NCBI RefSeq assembly: GCF_055900595.2
Contig: NZ_CM148325.1
Direction: 5' to 3' (one strand)
Length of the DNA stretch: 64,000 nucleotides
Shown here in pieces: positions 24,850-36,566 of this stretch; positions within the stretch are counted from its first letter, which is position 1, and every line of letters starts with the position of its first letter. The notes under the pieces were generated by a model. It saw only the letters and a list, made by a program, of their open reading frames with translations, did no database searches and had not been told where the DNA came from. The translations under genes and the position numbers were made by a program.

Positions 24850-25320
24850 ATGAAAACACAACATGGTTATACGCTGATTGAAACGCTGGTCGCGATGCTG
24901 ATTCTGGTCATGCTAAGCGCAAGTGGACTCTATGGCTGGCAATACTGGCAGCAGTCGCAACGGCTATGGCAAACCGCCAGCCAGGCGCGGGACTATTTGC
25001 TCTATTTACGTGAAGATGCCAACTGGCATAACCGCGACCACAGTATCAGCGTTATCAGGGAGGGGGCGTTATGGTGCCTTGTGAGTTCCGCGGCTGGGGC
25101 CAATACCTGTCATGGCAGTTCACCATTGGTCTTTGTGCCACGCTGGCCCGAAGTCGAAATGAGCGACCTGACACCTTCGCTTGCTTTCTTTGGCCTGCGC
25201 AATACCGCATGGGCCGGGCATATTCGCTTTAAAAACTCAACGGGCGAGTGGTGGCTGGTGGTTTCGCCGTGGGGAAGACTCCGGCTTTGTCAGCAAGGAG
25301 AAACAGAAGCATGCCTGTAA
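24850..25320 (+). CDS. ppdA: Prepilin peptidase-dependent protein A (type IV pilin-like)
   Basis: 156 aa; N-terminal [14 protein letters not shown] prepilin-type leader and hydrophobic segment. Confidence 0.88.
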   Translation: MKTQHGYTLIETLVAMLILVMLSASGLYGWQYWQQSQRLWQTASQARDYLLYLREDANWHNRDHSISVIREGALWCLVSSAAGANTCHGSSPLVFVPRWPEVEMSDLTPSLAFFGLRNTAWAGHIRFKNSTGEWWLVVSPWGRLRLCQQGETEACL

Positions 25321-25874
25321 AAGAGCTAGGTTTTTCTCTGCTGGAAGTGTTGATTGCTATGGCGATCAGTAGCGTATTGTTGCTGGGGGCAGCACGCTTT
25401 CTGCCTGCGTTACAGCGTGAAAGTTTAACGAGCACCCGTAAGCTGGCGCTGGAAGATGAAATCTGGCTGCGGGTATTTACCGTCGCGAAGCATCTCCAGA
25501 GGGCGGGTTATTGTCATGGCAGCTGTACCGGCGAAGGGCTGGAAATTGTCGGACAGGGGGACTGTATCATTGTGCAGTGGGATGCGAACAGTAACGGTAT
25601 CTGGGATCGCGAACCGGTAAAAGAGTCCGACCAGATTGCATTTCGTCTGAAGGAGCATGTGCTGGAAACGCTACGCGGTGCGACATCCTGTGAAGGTAAG
25701 GGCTGGGATAAAGTCACTAATCCGGATGCCATCATTATCGACACTTTTCAGGTTACCCGACAGGATGTCAGCGGTTTCTCGCCGGTGTTGACGGTTAATA
25801 TGCATGCTGCCAGCAAGGCTGATCCACAAACTGTGGTGGATGCCAGCTATAGCGTGACAGGATTCAACCTGTGA
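25311..25874 (+). CDS. ppdB: Prepilin peptidase-dependent protein B
   Basis: 187 aa from ATG at 25311 ([18 protein letters not shown]...), aggag RBS; overlaps the ppdA stop; the track ORF is a 21-codon upstream extension. Confidence 0.85.
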   Translation: MPVKELGFSLLEVLIAMAISSVLLLGAARFLPALQRESLTSTRKLALEDEIWLRVFTVAKHLQRAGYCHGSCTGEGLEIVGQGDCIIVQWDANSNGIWDREPVKESDQIAFRLKEHVLETLRGATSCEGKGWDKVTNPDAIIIDTFQVTRQDVSGFSPVLTVNMHAASKADPQTVVDASYSVTGFNL

Positions 25875-26278
25875 ACCGCGAAAAGGGTGTTTCGTCACTG
25901 GCTCTGGTCCTTATGCTGCTGGTTTTGGGTAGCTTGCTATTGCAAGGAATGAGTCAGCAGGATCGCAGTTTTGCCTCTCGCGTGAGCATGGAAAGTCAGT
26001 CATTGCGCCGCCAGGCCATCGTTCAGTCGACGCTGGAGTGGGGAAAAATGCACGCCTGGCAGACGCAGCCCGCAGTTCAGTGCTTACTGTACGCTGCCAC
26101 CGGTGCCCGGGTTTGTCTGCGTTTATTGGCAGATAATGAAGCCTTATTGATTGCCGGTTATGAAGGCGTTTCGTTGTGGCGAACAGGCGAAGTCATCGAT
26201 GGAAACATTGTTTTTTCGCCACGCGGCTGGAGCGATTTTTGTCCGCTGAAAGAGAGGGCGTTATGTCAGCTTCCCTGA
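25871..26278 (+). CDS. ygdB: Pilus-assembly-like protein YgdB
   Basis: 135 aa; GTG start overlapping the ppdB stop; N-terminal hydrophobic segment. Confidence 0.8.
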   Translation: MNREKGVSSLALVLMLLVLGSLLLQGMSQQDRSFASRVSMESQSLRRQAIVQSTLEWGKMHAWQTQPAVQCLLYAATGARVCLRLLADNEALLIAGYEGVSLWRTGEVIDGNIVFSPRGWSDFCPLKERALCQLP

Positions 26279-26586
26279 AGAATCAACAAGGCTTTAGCCT
26301 GCCGGAGGTGATGTTGGCGATGGTGCTGATGGTGATGATTGTCACTGCGTTATCGGGTTTCCAGCGAACATTAATGAACAGTCTTGCCAGCAGAAACCAG
26401 TACCAACAGCTCTGGCGGCATGGCTGGCAGCAAACGCAACTGCGTGCGATTTCGCCACCTGCCAACTGGCAGGTCAACCGAATGCAGACATCGCAGGCGG
26501 GATGTGTCAGCATCAGCGTTACGCTAGTTTCACCCGGGGGCAGAGAAGGCGAGATGACCCGCCTGCATTGCCCGAATCGTCAGTAG
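26263..26586 (+). CDS. ppdC: Prepilin peptidase-dependent protein C
   Basis: 107 aa from ATG at 26263 ([21 protein letters not shown]...), prepilin-type N-terminus; overlaps the ygdB stop. Confidence 0.85.
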   Translation: MSASLKNQQGFSLPEVMLAMVLMVMIVTALSGFQRTLMNSLASRNQYQQLWRHGWQQTQLRAISPPANWQVNRMQTSQAGCVSISVTLVSPGGREGEMTRLHCPNRQ

Positions 26587-26598
26587 TCAGGAGCCGCT

Positions 26599-29500
26599 AT
26601 GTTAAGGGTCTACCATTCCAATCGTCTGGACGTGCTGGAAGCGTTGATGGAGTTTATTGTCGAACGCGAACGGCTGGACGATCCTTTCGAACCAGAGATG
26701 ATTCTGGTGCAAAGTACCGGTATGGCGCAGTGGCTGCAAATGACCCTGTCGCAAAAGTTTGGTATTGCGGCAAACATTGATTTTCCGCTGCCAGCGAGCT
26801 TTATCTGGGATATGTTCGTCCGGGTGTTACCGGAGATCCCCAAAGAGAGCGCCTTTAACAAACAGAGCATGAGCTGGAAACTGATGACTCTGCTGCCGCA
26901 ACTGTTGGAGCGCGAAGACTTTACCCTGTTGCGGCATTATCTGACTGACGATAGCGACAAGCGAAAACTGTTCCAGCTTTCCTCTAAAGCGGCGGACCTG
27001 TTTGACCAGTATCTGGTCTATCGCCCGGACTGGCTGGCACAGTGGGAAGCCGGGAATCTGGTAGAAGGACTTGGAGAGGCGCAGGCCTGGCAAGCGCCGT
27101 TGTGGAAGGCGCTGGTGGAATATACCCATCAACTCGGGCAACCGCGCTGGCACCGCGCCAATCTCTATCAGCGCTTTATCGAAACGCTGGAGTCCGCGAC
27201 GACCTGCCCGCCGGGGTTACCTTCGCGCGTCTTTATATGCGGTATTTCCGCGTTACCGCCTGTTTATCTCCAGGCGCTACAGGCGCTGGGTAAACATATT
27301 GAAATCCATCTCCTGTTTACCAACCCCTGCCGTTATTACTGGGGCGACGTTAAAGATCCTGCTTATCTGGCGAAACTGCTGACTCGCCAGCGCCGACACA
27401 GTTTTGAAGATCGCGAATTACCGCTATTTCGCGACAGCGAAAATGCCGGGCAGCTCTTTAACAGCGATGGTGAACAGGATGTCGGCAACCCGCTGCTGGC
27501 CTCATGGGGCAAGCTTGGGCGCGACTACATTTATCTCCTTTCTGATCTGGAGAGCAGCCAGGAGCTGGACGCTTTTGTCGATGTGACGCCAGATAACCTG
27601 CTGCATAACATTCAGTCTGACATTCTGGAACTGGAGAACCGCGCCGTTGCGGGTGTGAACATCGAAGAGTTTTCCCGTAGCGATAACAAACGCCCTCTTG
27701 ATCCACTGGATAGCAGTATCACCTTCCACGTTTGCCATAGCCCGCAGCGTGAAGTTGAAGTTTTACACGATCGCTTGCTGGCGATGCTGGAGGAAGACCC
27801 GACACTTACTCCGCGCGACATCATCGTGATGGTGGCCGACATCGACAGCTACAGTCCGTTTATTCAGGCTGTGTTTGGTAGCGCACCTGCGGATCGTTAC
27901 CTGCCTTACGCCATTTCCGACCGTCGAGCGCGGCAGTCGCATCCGGTACTTGAAGCGTTTATCAGCCTGTTATCGTTGCCAGACAGCCGATTTGTGTCGG
28001 AAGACGTGCTGGCATTACTGGATGTGCCGGTGCTGGCGGCGCGGTTTGACATCACCGAAGAAGGGCTGCGTTATTTACGTCAGTGGGTCAACGAGTCCGG
28101 AATTCGTTGGGGGATAGATGACGATAACGTTCGCGAGCTGGAACTCCCCGCCACAGGTCAACACACCTGGCGGTTTGGCCTGACGCGCATGTTGCTGGGC
28201 TACGCGATGGAAAGCGCGCAGGGCGAGTGGCAATCGGTTCTGCCTTATGATGAATCGAGCGGCTTAATTGCAGAACTGGTGGGGCATCTGGCTTCACTGC
28301 TAATGCAGCTAAACATCTGGCGTCGCGGGCTGGCGCAGGAGCGTCCGCTGGAAGAGTGGTTGCCGGTTTGTCGCGATATGCTCAACGCCTTCTTCCTGCC
28401 GGATGCGGAAACCGAAGCGGCGATGACGCTGATCGAACAACAATGGCAGGCGATTATCGCCGAAGGTTTAGGTGCGCAGTATGGCGACGCGGTGCCGTTG
28501 TCACTATTGCGTGATGAACTGGCACAACGTCTGGATCAGGAACGTATCAGCCAGCGTTTTCTCGCCGGGCCGGTTAACATTTGTACTCTGATGCCAATGC
28601 GTTCCATCCCATTCAGAGTGGTTTGCCTGCTGGGAATGAACGACGGCGTTTACCCACGCCAGCTTGCGCCATTGGGCTTTGACCTGATGAGTCAGAAACC
28701 GAAGCGTGGCGACCGTAGCCGTCGCGATGATGACCGCTATCTGTTCCTGGAAGCGTTAATTTCCGCGCAGCAAAAACTCTATATCAGCTATATCGGGCGT
28801 TCCATTCAGGATAACAGTGAACGTTTCCCGTCGGTGCTGGTGCAGGAACTGATCGACTACATCGGGCAAAGCCATTATCTACCGGGCGATGAAGCGCTCA
28901 ATTGTGATGAAAGCGAGGCGAGGGTAAAAGCGCATCTTACTTGCCTCCATACCCGGATGCCGTTTGATCCACAAAACTATCAGCCAGGTGAACGACAAAG
29001 CTATGCACGTGAGTGGTTACCTGCGGCAAGCCAGGCTGGTAAGGCACATTCTGAATTTGTTCAGCCGCTGCCGTTTACCTTGCCGGAAACCGTGCCGCTG
29101 GAGACGCTACAACGATTCTGGGCGCATCCGGTGCGGGCGTTTTTCCAGATGCGCTTGCAGGTGAACTTCCGTACCGAAGATAGCGAAATTCCCGACACCG
29201 AACCTTTTATTCTTGAAGGGCTTAGTCGTTATCAAATCAACCAGCAGTTATTGAATGCTCTGGTCGAGCAAGATGATGCCGATCGCTTATTCCGCCGCTT
29301 CCGGGCGGCAGGGGATTTACCGTATGGCGCTTTTGGTGAAATTTTCTGGGAAACACAGTGTCAGGAGATGCAGCAGCTTGCCGACAGAGTCATTGCCTGT
29401 CGCCAACCGGGGCAAAGTATGGAAATTGATCTCGCCTGCAACGGTGTGCAAATAACGGGTTGGTTGCCGCAGGTGCAGCCGGATGGCCTGTTACGCTGGC

Positions 29501-29967
29501 GTCCCTCTTTATTAAGTGTGGCGCAGGGAATGCAACTTTGGCTGGAACACCTTGTCTACTGTGCCAGCGGTGGTAATGGTGAAAGTCGCCTTTTTCTACG
29601 CAAAGACGGCGAGTGGCGTTTTCCGCCGCTTGCAGCCGAACAGGCTTTACATTACCTCTCAGAACTGATTGAGGGGTATCGTGAAGGGATGTCCACGCCG
29701 CTGCTGGTGTTACCTGAAAGTGGCGGCGCGTGGCTAAAAACCTGTTATGACGCGCAAAACGATGCCATGCTGGATGACGATTCCACGTTGCAGAAAGCCC
29801 GTACGAAATTCCTTCAGGCTTACGAAGGCAACATGATGGTGCGTGGAGAAGGTGATGATATCTGGTATCAACGGCTCTGGCGGCAATTAACACCAGAGAC
29901 AATGGAAGCCATCGTTGAACAGTCGCAACGTTTCCTGTTACCGCTGTTTCGCTTTAATCAGTCATGA
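26599..29967 (+). CDS. recC: Exodeoxyribonuclease V gamma subunit
   Basis: 1122 aa; RecC sequence; first gene of the recC-ptrA-recB-recD cluster. Confidence 0.96.
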   Translation: MLRVYHSNRLDVLEALMEFIVERERLDDPFEPEMILVQSTGMAQWLQMTLSQKFGIAANIDFPLPASFIWDMFVRVLPEIPKESAFNKQSMSWKLMTLLPQLLEREDFTLLRHYLTDDSDKRKLFQLSSKAADLFDQYLVYRPDWLAQWEAGNLVEGLGEAQAWQAPLWKALVEYTHQLGQPRWHRANLYQRFIETLESATTCPPGLPSRVFICGISALPPVYLQALQALGKHIEIHLLFTNPCRYYWGDVKDPAYLAKLLTRQRRHSFEDRELPLFRDSENAGQLFNSDGEQDVGNPLLASWGKLGRDYIYLLSDLESSQELDAFVDVTPDNLLHNIQSDILELENRAVAGVNIEEFSRSDNKRPLDPLDSSITFHVCHSPQREVEVLHDRLLAMLEEDPTLTPRDIIVMVADIDSYSPFIQAVFGSAPADRYLPYAISDRRARQSHPVLEAFISLLSLPDSRFVSEDVLALLDVPVLAARFDITEEGLRYLRQWVNESGIRWGIDDDNVRELELPATGQHTWRFGLTRMLLGYAMESAQGEWQSVLPYDESSGLIAELVGHLASLLMQLNIWRRGLAQERPLEEWLPVCRDMLNAFFLPDAETEAAMTLIEQQWQAIIAEGLGAQYGDAVPLSLLRDELAQRLDQERISQRFLAGPVNICTLMPMRSIPFRVVCLLGMNDGVYPRQLAPLGFDLMSQKPKRGDRSRRDDDRYLFLEALISAQQKLYISYIGRSIQDNSERFPSVLVQELIDYIGQSHYLPGDEALNCDESEARVKAHLTCLHTRMPFDPQNYQPGERQSYAREWLPAASQAGKAHSEFVQPLPFTLPETVPLETLQRFWAHPVRAFFQMRLQVNFRTEDSEIPDTEPFILEGLSRYQINQQLLNALVEQDDADRLFRRFRAAGDLPYGAFGEIFWETQCQEMQQLADRVIACRQPGQSMEIDLACNGVQITGWLPQVQPDGLLRWRPSLLSVAQGMQLWLEHLVYCASGGNGESRLFLRKDGEWRFPPLAAEQALHYLSELIEGYREGMSTPLLVLPESGGAWLKTCYDAQNDAMLDDDSTLQKARTKFLQAYEGNMMVRGEGDDIWYQRLWRQLTPETMEAIVEQSQRFLLPLFRFNQS

Positions 29968-30142
29968 GTGCTGTATAAAAATTGCGCAATTCATCTGCTT
30001 ACTTTATGATGCGCACCAGTCACGGACTGATGGTTATATAGACATAGGCTGACTCGTGCAGCACAAGATTAAATTCTGCCGGATAATTTTCGTTAACGTA
30101 TTGAATCTGGACAGAAAATAAAGTTGATAATGAGGTCCGTGA

Positions 30143-33031
30143 ATGCCCCGCAGCACCTGGTTCAAAGCATTATTGTTGTTTGTTGCCCTTTGGGCACCCT
30201 TAAGTCAGGCAGAAACGGGATGGCAGCCGATTCAGGAAACCATCCGTAAAAGTGGTAAAGATAACCGCCAGTATCAGGCTATACGTCTGGATAACGGTAT
30301 GGTGGTTTTGCTGGTTTCTGACCCGCAGGCGGTTAAATCGCTCTCGGCGCTGGTGGTGCCCGTTGGGTCGCTGGAAGATCCCGAGGCGTACCAGGGGCTG
30401 GCACATTACCTTGAACATATGAGTCTGATGGGTTCGAAAAAGTACCCGCAGGCTGACAGTCTGGCTGAATACCTCAAAATGCACGGCGGCAGCCACAATG
30501 CCAGCACGGCACCGTATCGCACGGCTTTCTATCTGGAAGTTGAGAACGACGCCTTACCCGGTGCGGTAGACCGCCTGGCCGATGCTATTGCTGAACCCTT
30601 GCTCGACAAGAAATACGCCGAACGTGAGCGTAATGCGGTGAACGCTGAATTAACCATGGCGCGTACGCGTGATGGGATGCGCATGGCACAGGTCAGCGCA
30701 GAAACCATTAACCCGGCACACCCAGGTTCAAAGTTTTCTGGTGGTAACCTCGAAACTTTAAGCGATAAACCCGGCAATCCGGTACAGCAGGCGCTGAAAG
30801 ATTTCCACGAGAAATATTACTCTGCCAATCTGATGAAGGCGGTTATATACAGCAATAAACCGTTGTCGGAGTTGGCAAAAATGGCGGCGGACACTTTTGG
30901 TCGCGTGCCGAACAAAGAGAGCAAAAAACCGGAAATCACCGTGCCGGTAGTCACCGACGCGCAAAAGGGCATTATCATTCATTACGTCCCGGCGCTGCCG
31001 CGTAAAGTTCTGCGCGTTGAGTTTCGCATCGATAACAATTCAGCGAAGTTCCGTAGTAAAACGGATGAATTGATTACCTATCTGATTGGTAATCGCAGCC
31101 CAGGTACACTTTCTGACTGGCTGCAAAAGCAGGGATTAGTTGAGGGCATTAGCGCCAATTCCGATCCTATCGTCAACGGCAACAGCGGCGTATTAGCGAT
31201 CTCTGCGTCTTTAACCGATAAAGGTCTGGCGAATCGCGATCAGGTTGTGGCGGCCATTTTTAGCTACCTCAATCTGTTACGCGAAAAAGGGATTGATAAA
31301 CAATACTTCGATGAACTGGCGAATGTGCTGGATATCGACTTTCGTTATCCGTCAATCACCCGTGATATGGATTACGTTGAATGGCTGGCAGATACCATGA
31401 TTCGCGTTCCTGTTGAGCATACGCTGGATGCAGTCAATATTGCCGATCGGTACGATGCTAAAGCAGTAAAAGAACGCCTGGCGATGATGACGCCGCAGAA
31501 TGCGCGTATCTGGTATATCAGCCCGAAAGAGCCGCACAACAAAACGGCTTACTTTGTCGATGCGCCGTATCAGGTAGATAAAATTAGCGCACAAACTTTC
31601 GCCGACTGGCAGAAAAAAGCCGCCGACATTGTGCTCTCTTTGCCAGAGCTTAACCCTTATATTCCTGACGATTTCTCGCTGATTAAGTCAGAGAAGAAAT
31701 ACGACCATCCAGAGCTGATTGTTGATGAGTCGAATCTGCGCGTGGTGTATGCGCCAAGCCGTTATTTTGCCAGCGAACCCAAAGCTGATGTTAGCCTGAT
31801 TTTGCGTAACCCGAAAGCCATGGACAGCGCCCGCAATCAGGTGATGTTTGCGCTCAATGATTATCTTGCCGGACTGGCGCTTGATCAGTTAAGCAACCAG
31901 GCGTCGGTTGGTGGCATAAGTTTTTCCACCAATGCTAACAACGGCCTTATGGTTAATGCCAATGGTTACACCCAGCGCCTGCCGCAGCTGTTCCAGGCTC
32001 TGCTGGAGGGCTACTTTAGCTATACCGCTACGGAAGATCAGCTTGAGCAGGCGAAGTCCTGGTATAACCAGATGATGGATTCCGCAGAAAAGGGCAAAGC
32101 GTTCGAGCAGGCGATTATGCCCGCGCAGATGCTCTCGCAAGTGCCGTACTTCTCGCGAGATGAACGGCGCAAAATTTTGCCTTCAATCACTTTGAAAGAG
32201 GTGCTGGCCTATCGCGACGCCTTAAAATCAGGGGCTCGACCAGAGTTTATGGTTATTGGCAACATGACCGAAGACCAGGCAACAACGCTGGCACGCGATG
32301 TGCAAAAACAGTTGGGCGCTGATGGTTCGGAGTGGTGTCGTAACAAAGATGTCGTGGTCGATAAAAAACAATCCGTCATCTTTGAAAAAGCCGGTAACAG
32401 CACCGACTCCGCACTGGCAGCGGTATTTGTACCGACTGGCTACGATGAATACACCAGCTCAGCCTATAGCTCTCTGCTGGGGCAGATCGTACAGCCGTGG
32501 TTCTACAATCAGTTGCGTACCGAAGAACAGTTGGGCTATGCCGTGTTTGCGTTTCCAATGAGCGTGGGACGTCAGTGGGGCATGGGCTTCCTGTTGCAAA
32601 GCAATGATAAACAGCCTTCATTCTTGTGGGAGCGTTACAAGGCGTTTTTCCCAACCGCAGAGGCAAAATTGCGGACGATGAAGCCAGAAGAGTTTGCGCA
32701 AATCCAGCAGGCGGTAATAACCCAGATGCTGCAGGCACCGCAAACGCTCGGCGAAGAAGCATCGAAGTTAAGTAAAGATTTCGATCGCGGCAATATGCGC
32801 TTCGATTCGCGTGATAAAATCGTGGCCCAGATAAAACTGCTGACGCCGCAAAAACTTGCTGATTTCTTCCATCAGGCGGTGGTCGAGCCGCAAGGCATGG
32901 CTATTCTGTCGCAGATTTCCGGCAGCCAGAACGGGAAAGCCGAATATGTGCATCCTGAAGGTTGGAAAGTGTGGGAGAACGTCAGCGCGTTACAGCAAAC
33001 AATGCCCCTGATGAGTGAAAAGAATGAGTGA
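30143..33031 (+). CDS. ptrA: Protease III (pitrilysin, M16 family)
   Basis: 962 aa; signal peptide; inverted zinc-binding HYLEH motif. Confidence 0.96.
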   Translation: MPRSTWFKALLLFVALWAPLSQAETGWQPIQETIRKSGKDNRQYQAIRLDNGMVVLLVSDPQAVKSLSALVVPVGSLEDPEAYQGLAHYLEHMSLMGSKKYPQADSLAEYLKMHGGSHNASTAPYRTAFYLEVENDALPGAVDRLADAIAEPLLDKKYAERERNAVNAELTMARTRDGMRMAQVSAETINPAHPGSKFSGGNLETLSDKPGNPVQQALKDFHEKYYSANLMKAVIYSNKPLSELAKMAADTFGRVPNKESKKPEITVPVVTDAQKGIIIHYVPALPRKVLRVEFRIDNNSAKFRSKTDELITYLIGNRSPGTLSDWLQKQGLVEGISANSDPIVNGNSGVLAISASLTDKGLANRDQVVAAIFSYLNLLREKGIDKQYFDELANVLDIDFRYPSITRDMDYVEWLADTMIRVPVEHTLDAVNIADRYDAKAVKERLAMMTPQNARIWYISPKEPHNKTAYFVDAPYQVDKISAQTFADWQKKAADIVLSLPELNPYIPDDFSLIKSEKKYDHPELIVDESNLRVVYAPSRYFASEPKADVSLILRNPKAMDSARNQVMFALNDYLAGLALDQLSNQASVGGISFSTNANNGLMVNANGYTQRLPQLFQALLEGYFSYTATEDQLEQAKSWYNQMMDSAEKGKAFEQAIMPAQMLSQVPYFSRDERRKILPSITLKEVLAYRDALKSGARPEFMVIGNMTEDQATTLARDVQKQLGADGSEWCRNKDVVVDKKQSVIFEKAGNSTDSALAAVFVPTGYDEYTSSAYSSLLGQIVQPWFYNQLRTEEQLGYAVFAFPMSVGRQWGMGFLLQSNDKQPSFLWERYKAFFPTAEAKLRTMKPEEFAQIQQAVITQMLQAPQTLGEEASKLSKDFDRGNMRFDSRDKIVAQIKLLTPQKLADFFHQAVVEPQGMAILSQISGSQNGKAEYVHPEGWKVWENVSALQQTMPLMSEKNE

Positions 33032-36000
33032 TGTCGCCGAGACACTAGATCCTTTGCGCTTGCCCTTACAGGGCGAGCGCCTGATTGAAGCCTCTGCCGG
33101 CACAGGCAAAACCTTTACGATTGCGGCGCTCTATTTGCGCCTGTTACTTGGACTAGGCGGTTCTGCCGCCTTTCCCCGCCCGCTGACCGTTGAAGAACTG
33201 CTGGTGGTGACCTTTACCGAGGCTGCCACGGCAGAATTGCGCGGTCGTATCCGTAGCAATATCCACGAGTTGCGCATCGCCTGTCTGCGTGAAACCACCG
33301 ACAATCCACTGTACGAACGCCTGCTGGAAGAGATCGACGATAAAGCGCAAGCCGCGCAGTGGTTGTTGTTAGCCGAACGGCAGATGGATGAAGCGGCAGT
33401 CTTTACTATTCACGGTTTTTGCCAGCGCATGCTCAACTTGAATGCCTTTGAATCCGGCATGCTGTTTGAGCAGCAGCTGATTGAAGATGAGTCTCTGCTA
33501 CGCTACCAGGCCTGCGCCGATTTCTGGCGTCGCCACTGCTACCCGCTGCCGCGTGAAATTGCCCAGGTGGTCTTTGAAACCTGGAAAGGGCCGCAGGCGT
33601 TGCTGCGCGATATTAATCGTTATCTGCAAGGCGAAGCACCGGTTATCAAAGCACCGCCGCCCGATGATGAAACGCTGGCTTCCCGCCACGCGCAAATTGT
33701 GGCGCGTATTGATACGGTAAAACAGCAGTGGCGCGACGCAGTGGGTGAACTGGATGCGCTGATCGAATCTTCTGGTATTGATCGACGCAAGTTTAACCGT
33801 AGCAATCAGGCTAAATGGATCGAGAAGATCAGTGCCTGGGCAGAAGAAGAGACCAACAGTTATCAGTTACCGGAGTCGCTGGAAAAATTCTCTCAGCGTT
33901 TCTTAGAAGATCGCACGAAAGCCGGGGGGGAAACCCCGCGACATCCACTGTTTGAGGCGATCGATCAACTGCTTGCAGAACCATTGTCGATCCGTGATCT
34001 GGTGATCACCCGCGCATTGGCTGAGATCCGCGAAACAGTAGCGCGTGAAAAACGCCGCCGTGGCGAATTGGGTTTTGATGACATGTTAAGTCGGCTCGAT
34101 TCCGCGCTGCGTAGCGAAAGCGGCGAGGTGTTGGCAGCGGCGATCCGTACGCGATTCCCGGTGGCAATGATTGATGAATTTCAGGATACCGACCCCCAGC
34201 AGTACCGAATTTTTCGCCGTATCTGGCACCATCAGCCGGAAACCGCATTGTTGCTGATTGGCGACCCGAAACAGGCCATATATGCATTCCGGGGTGCGGA
34301 TATCTTCACTTATATGAAGGCGCGTAGCGAAGTTCACGCCCACTACACCTTAGATACCAACTGGCGCTCCGCACCAGGAATGGTGAACAGCGTGAATAAG
34401 CTTTTCAGTCAGACTGATGACGCGTTCATGTTTCGCGAAATACCGTTTATTCCAGTGAAATCAGCCGGGAAAAATCAGGCGTTACGTTTTGTGTTTAAAG
34501 GTGAAACGCAGCCTGCGATGAAAATGTGGCTGATGGAAGGCGAAAGCTGCGGCGTTGGCGATTATCAAAGTACCATGGCGCAGGTATGTGCTGCGCAAAT
34601 CCGCGACTGGCTACAAGCCGGACAGCGGGGCGAAGCGTTGCTGATGAACGGCGACGACGCGCGTCCGGTGCGTGCTTCGGACATCAGTGTGCTGGTGCGC
34701 AGCCGCCAGGAGGCCGCTCAGGTGCGCGATGCCTTAACGCTGCTGGAAATCCCTTCCGTTTACCTTTCGAACCGCGACAGTGTTTTTGAAACTCTGGAAG
34801 CGCAGGAGATGCTTTGGCTGTTGCAGGCGGTGATGACACCAGAACGTGAGAACACCCTGCGCAGTGCGCTGGCAACGTCAATGATGGGGCTGAATGCGCT
34901 GGATATTGAAACGCTGAATAATGACGAACATGCGTGGGATGCGGTAGTCGAAGAGTTCGATGGTTATCGGCAAATCTGGCGCAAACGTGGCGTTATGCCG
35001 ATGCTGCGGGCGCTGATGTCGGCGCGTAACATTGCAGAAAACTTGCTGGCAACAGCAGGCGGTGAGCGGCGTCTTACCGATATCTTGCATATCAGCGAAT
35101 TGCTACAAGAAGCCGGAACGCAGCTGGAAAGTGAACATGCGCTGGTACGCTGGTTATCGCAACATATCCTCGAGCCAGACAGTAATGCCTCCAGCCAACA
35201 AATGCGTCTCGAAAGTGATAAACATCTGGTGCAGATTGTCACGATCCACAAATCGAAAGGGCTGGAATATCCATTGGTCTGGCTGCCGTTTATCACCAAT
35301 TTCCGCGTCCAGGATCAGGCGTTTTATCACGATCGCCACTCGTTTGAGGCTGTTCTGGATCTTAATGCTGCGCCAGAAAGCGTCGACCTCGCGGAGGCCG
35401 AACGTCTGGCGGAAGATCTGCGTTTGCTTTACGTTGCGCTGACGCGTTCGGTTTGGCATTGCAGTCTCGGCGTTGCACCGCTGGTGCGCCGTCGTGGCGA
35501 TAAAAAAGGTGACACCGACGTCCACCAAAGTGCGCTCGGGCGTTTGCTGCAAAAAGGGGAACCGCAAGATGCGGCAGGGCTTCGCACCTGTATTGAAGCG
35601 TTATGCGATGATGATATTGCCTGGCAAACGGCACAAACTGGTGATAACCAGCCCTGGCAGGTTAATGATGCTTTAACTGCAGAACTGAATGCGAGGACGC
35701 TACAACGATTGCCCGGCGATAACTGGCGTGTCACCAGCTACTCCGGTTTGCAGCAGCGTGGTCACGGTATCGCTCAGGATCTGATGCCACGGCTGGATGT
35801 TGATGCCGCAGGCGTGGTCAGCGTCGTTGAAGAACCGACGTTAACACCGCATCAGTTCCCGCGCGGTGCGTCACCAGGGACATTCTTGCACAGTTTGTTT
35901 GAAGACCTCGATTTTACCCAGCCGGTTGACCCGAACTGGGTACAGGAAAAACTGGAACTCGGCGGCTTTGAATCGCAGTGGGAACCAGTGTTGACCGAGT

Positions 36001-36566
36001 GGATCACGGCTGTCCTCCAGGCACCTCTCAATGAAACGGGTGTTAGCCTGAATCAGCTTTCCGACCGCGATAAACAGGTGGAGATGGAGTTTTACCTGCC
36101 GATTAGTGAACCGCTCATCGCCAGCCAGCTTGATGCACTAATTCGCCAGTTTGATCCGCTATCCGCTGGCTGCCCGCCGCTGGAGTTCATGCAGGTACGC
36201 GGCATGTTAAAAGGCTTTATCGACCTGGTATTCCGCCACGAAGGGCGTTATTACCTGCTCGACTATAAATCCAACTGGCTGGGTGAAGACAGTTCGGCTT
36301 ATACCCAACAGGCTATGGCAGCGGCGATGCAGGCACACCGCTATGATCTGCAATATCAGCTTTATACCCTGGCGCTGCATCGTTATCTGCGCCATCGCAT
36401 TGCTGATTACGACTATGATCGTCACTTTGGCGGCGTTATCTATCTGTTCCTGCGTGGCGTTGATAAAGAACATCCGCAACAAGGGATTTACACAACCCGA
36501 CCCAACGCCGGGTTGATTGACCTGATGGATGAGATGTTTGCCGGTATGACCCTGGAGGAGGCGTAA
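33024..36566 (+). CDS. recB: Exodeoxyribonuclease V beta subunit (helicase-nuclease)
   Basis: 1180 aa from ATG at 33024 ([11 protein letters not shown]...); Walker A GTGKT; overlaps the ptrA stop by 8 nt. Confidence 0.96.
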   Translation: MSDVAETLDPLRLPLQGERLIEASAGTGKTFTIAALYLRLLLGLGGSAAFPRPLTVEELLVVTFTEAATAELRGRIRSNIHELRIACLRETTDNPLYERLLEEIDDKAQAAQWLLLAERQMDEAAVFTIHGFCQRMLNLNAFESGMLFEQQLIEDESLLRYQACADFWRRHCYPLPREIAQVVFETWKGPQALLRDINRYLQGEAPVIKAPPPDDETLASRHAQIVARIDTVKQQWRDAVGELDALIESSGIDRRKFNRSNQAKWIEKISAWAEEETNSYQLPESLEKFSQRFLEDRTKAGGETPRHPLFEAIDQLLAEPLSIRDLVITRALAEIRETVAREKRRRGELGFDDMLSRLDSALRSESGEVLAAAIRTRFPVAMIDEFQDTDPQQYRIFRRIWHHQPETALLLIGDPKQAIYAFRGADIFTYMKARSEVHAHYTLDTNWRSAPGMVNSVNKLFSQTDDAFMFREIPFIPVKSAGKNQALRFVFKGETQPAMKMWLMEGESCGVGDYQSTMAQVCAAQIRDWLQAGQRGEALLMNGDDARPVRASDISVLVRSRQEAAQVRDALTLLEIPSVYLSNRDSVFETLEAQEMLWLLQAVMTPERENTLRSALATSMMGLNALDIETLNNDEHAWDAVVEEFDGYRQIWRKRGVMPMLRALMSARNIAENLLATAGGERRLTDILHISELLQEAGTQLESEHALVRWLSQHILEPDSNASSQQMRLESDKHLVQIVTIHKSKGLEYPLVWLPFITNFRVQDQAFYHDRHSFEAVLDLNAAPESVDLAEAERLAEDLRLLYVALTRSVWHCSLGVAPLVRRRGDKKGDTDVHQSALGRLLQKGEPQDAAGLRTCIEALCDDDIAWQTAQTGDNQPWQVNDALTAELNARTLQRLPGDNWRVTSYSGLQQRGHGIAQDLMPRLDVDAAGVVSVVEEPTLTPHQFPRGASPGTFLHSLFEDLDFTQPVDPNWVQEKLELGGFESQWEPVLTEWITAVLQAPLNETGVSLNQLSDRDKQVEMEFYLPISEPLIASQLDALIRQFDPLSAGCPPLEFMQVRGMLKGFIDLVFRHEGRYYLLDYKSNWLGEDSSAYTQQAMAAAMQAHRYDLQYQLYTLALHRYLRHRIADYDYDRHFGGVIYLFLRGVDKEHPQQGIYTTRPNAGLIDLMDEMFAGMTLEEA

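Noticed and set aside
34006-35734. Multiple minus-strand ORFs (85-137 aa) inside recB
   Set aside because: Antisense to a conserved helicase-nuclease gene, with no independent support.
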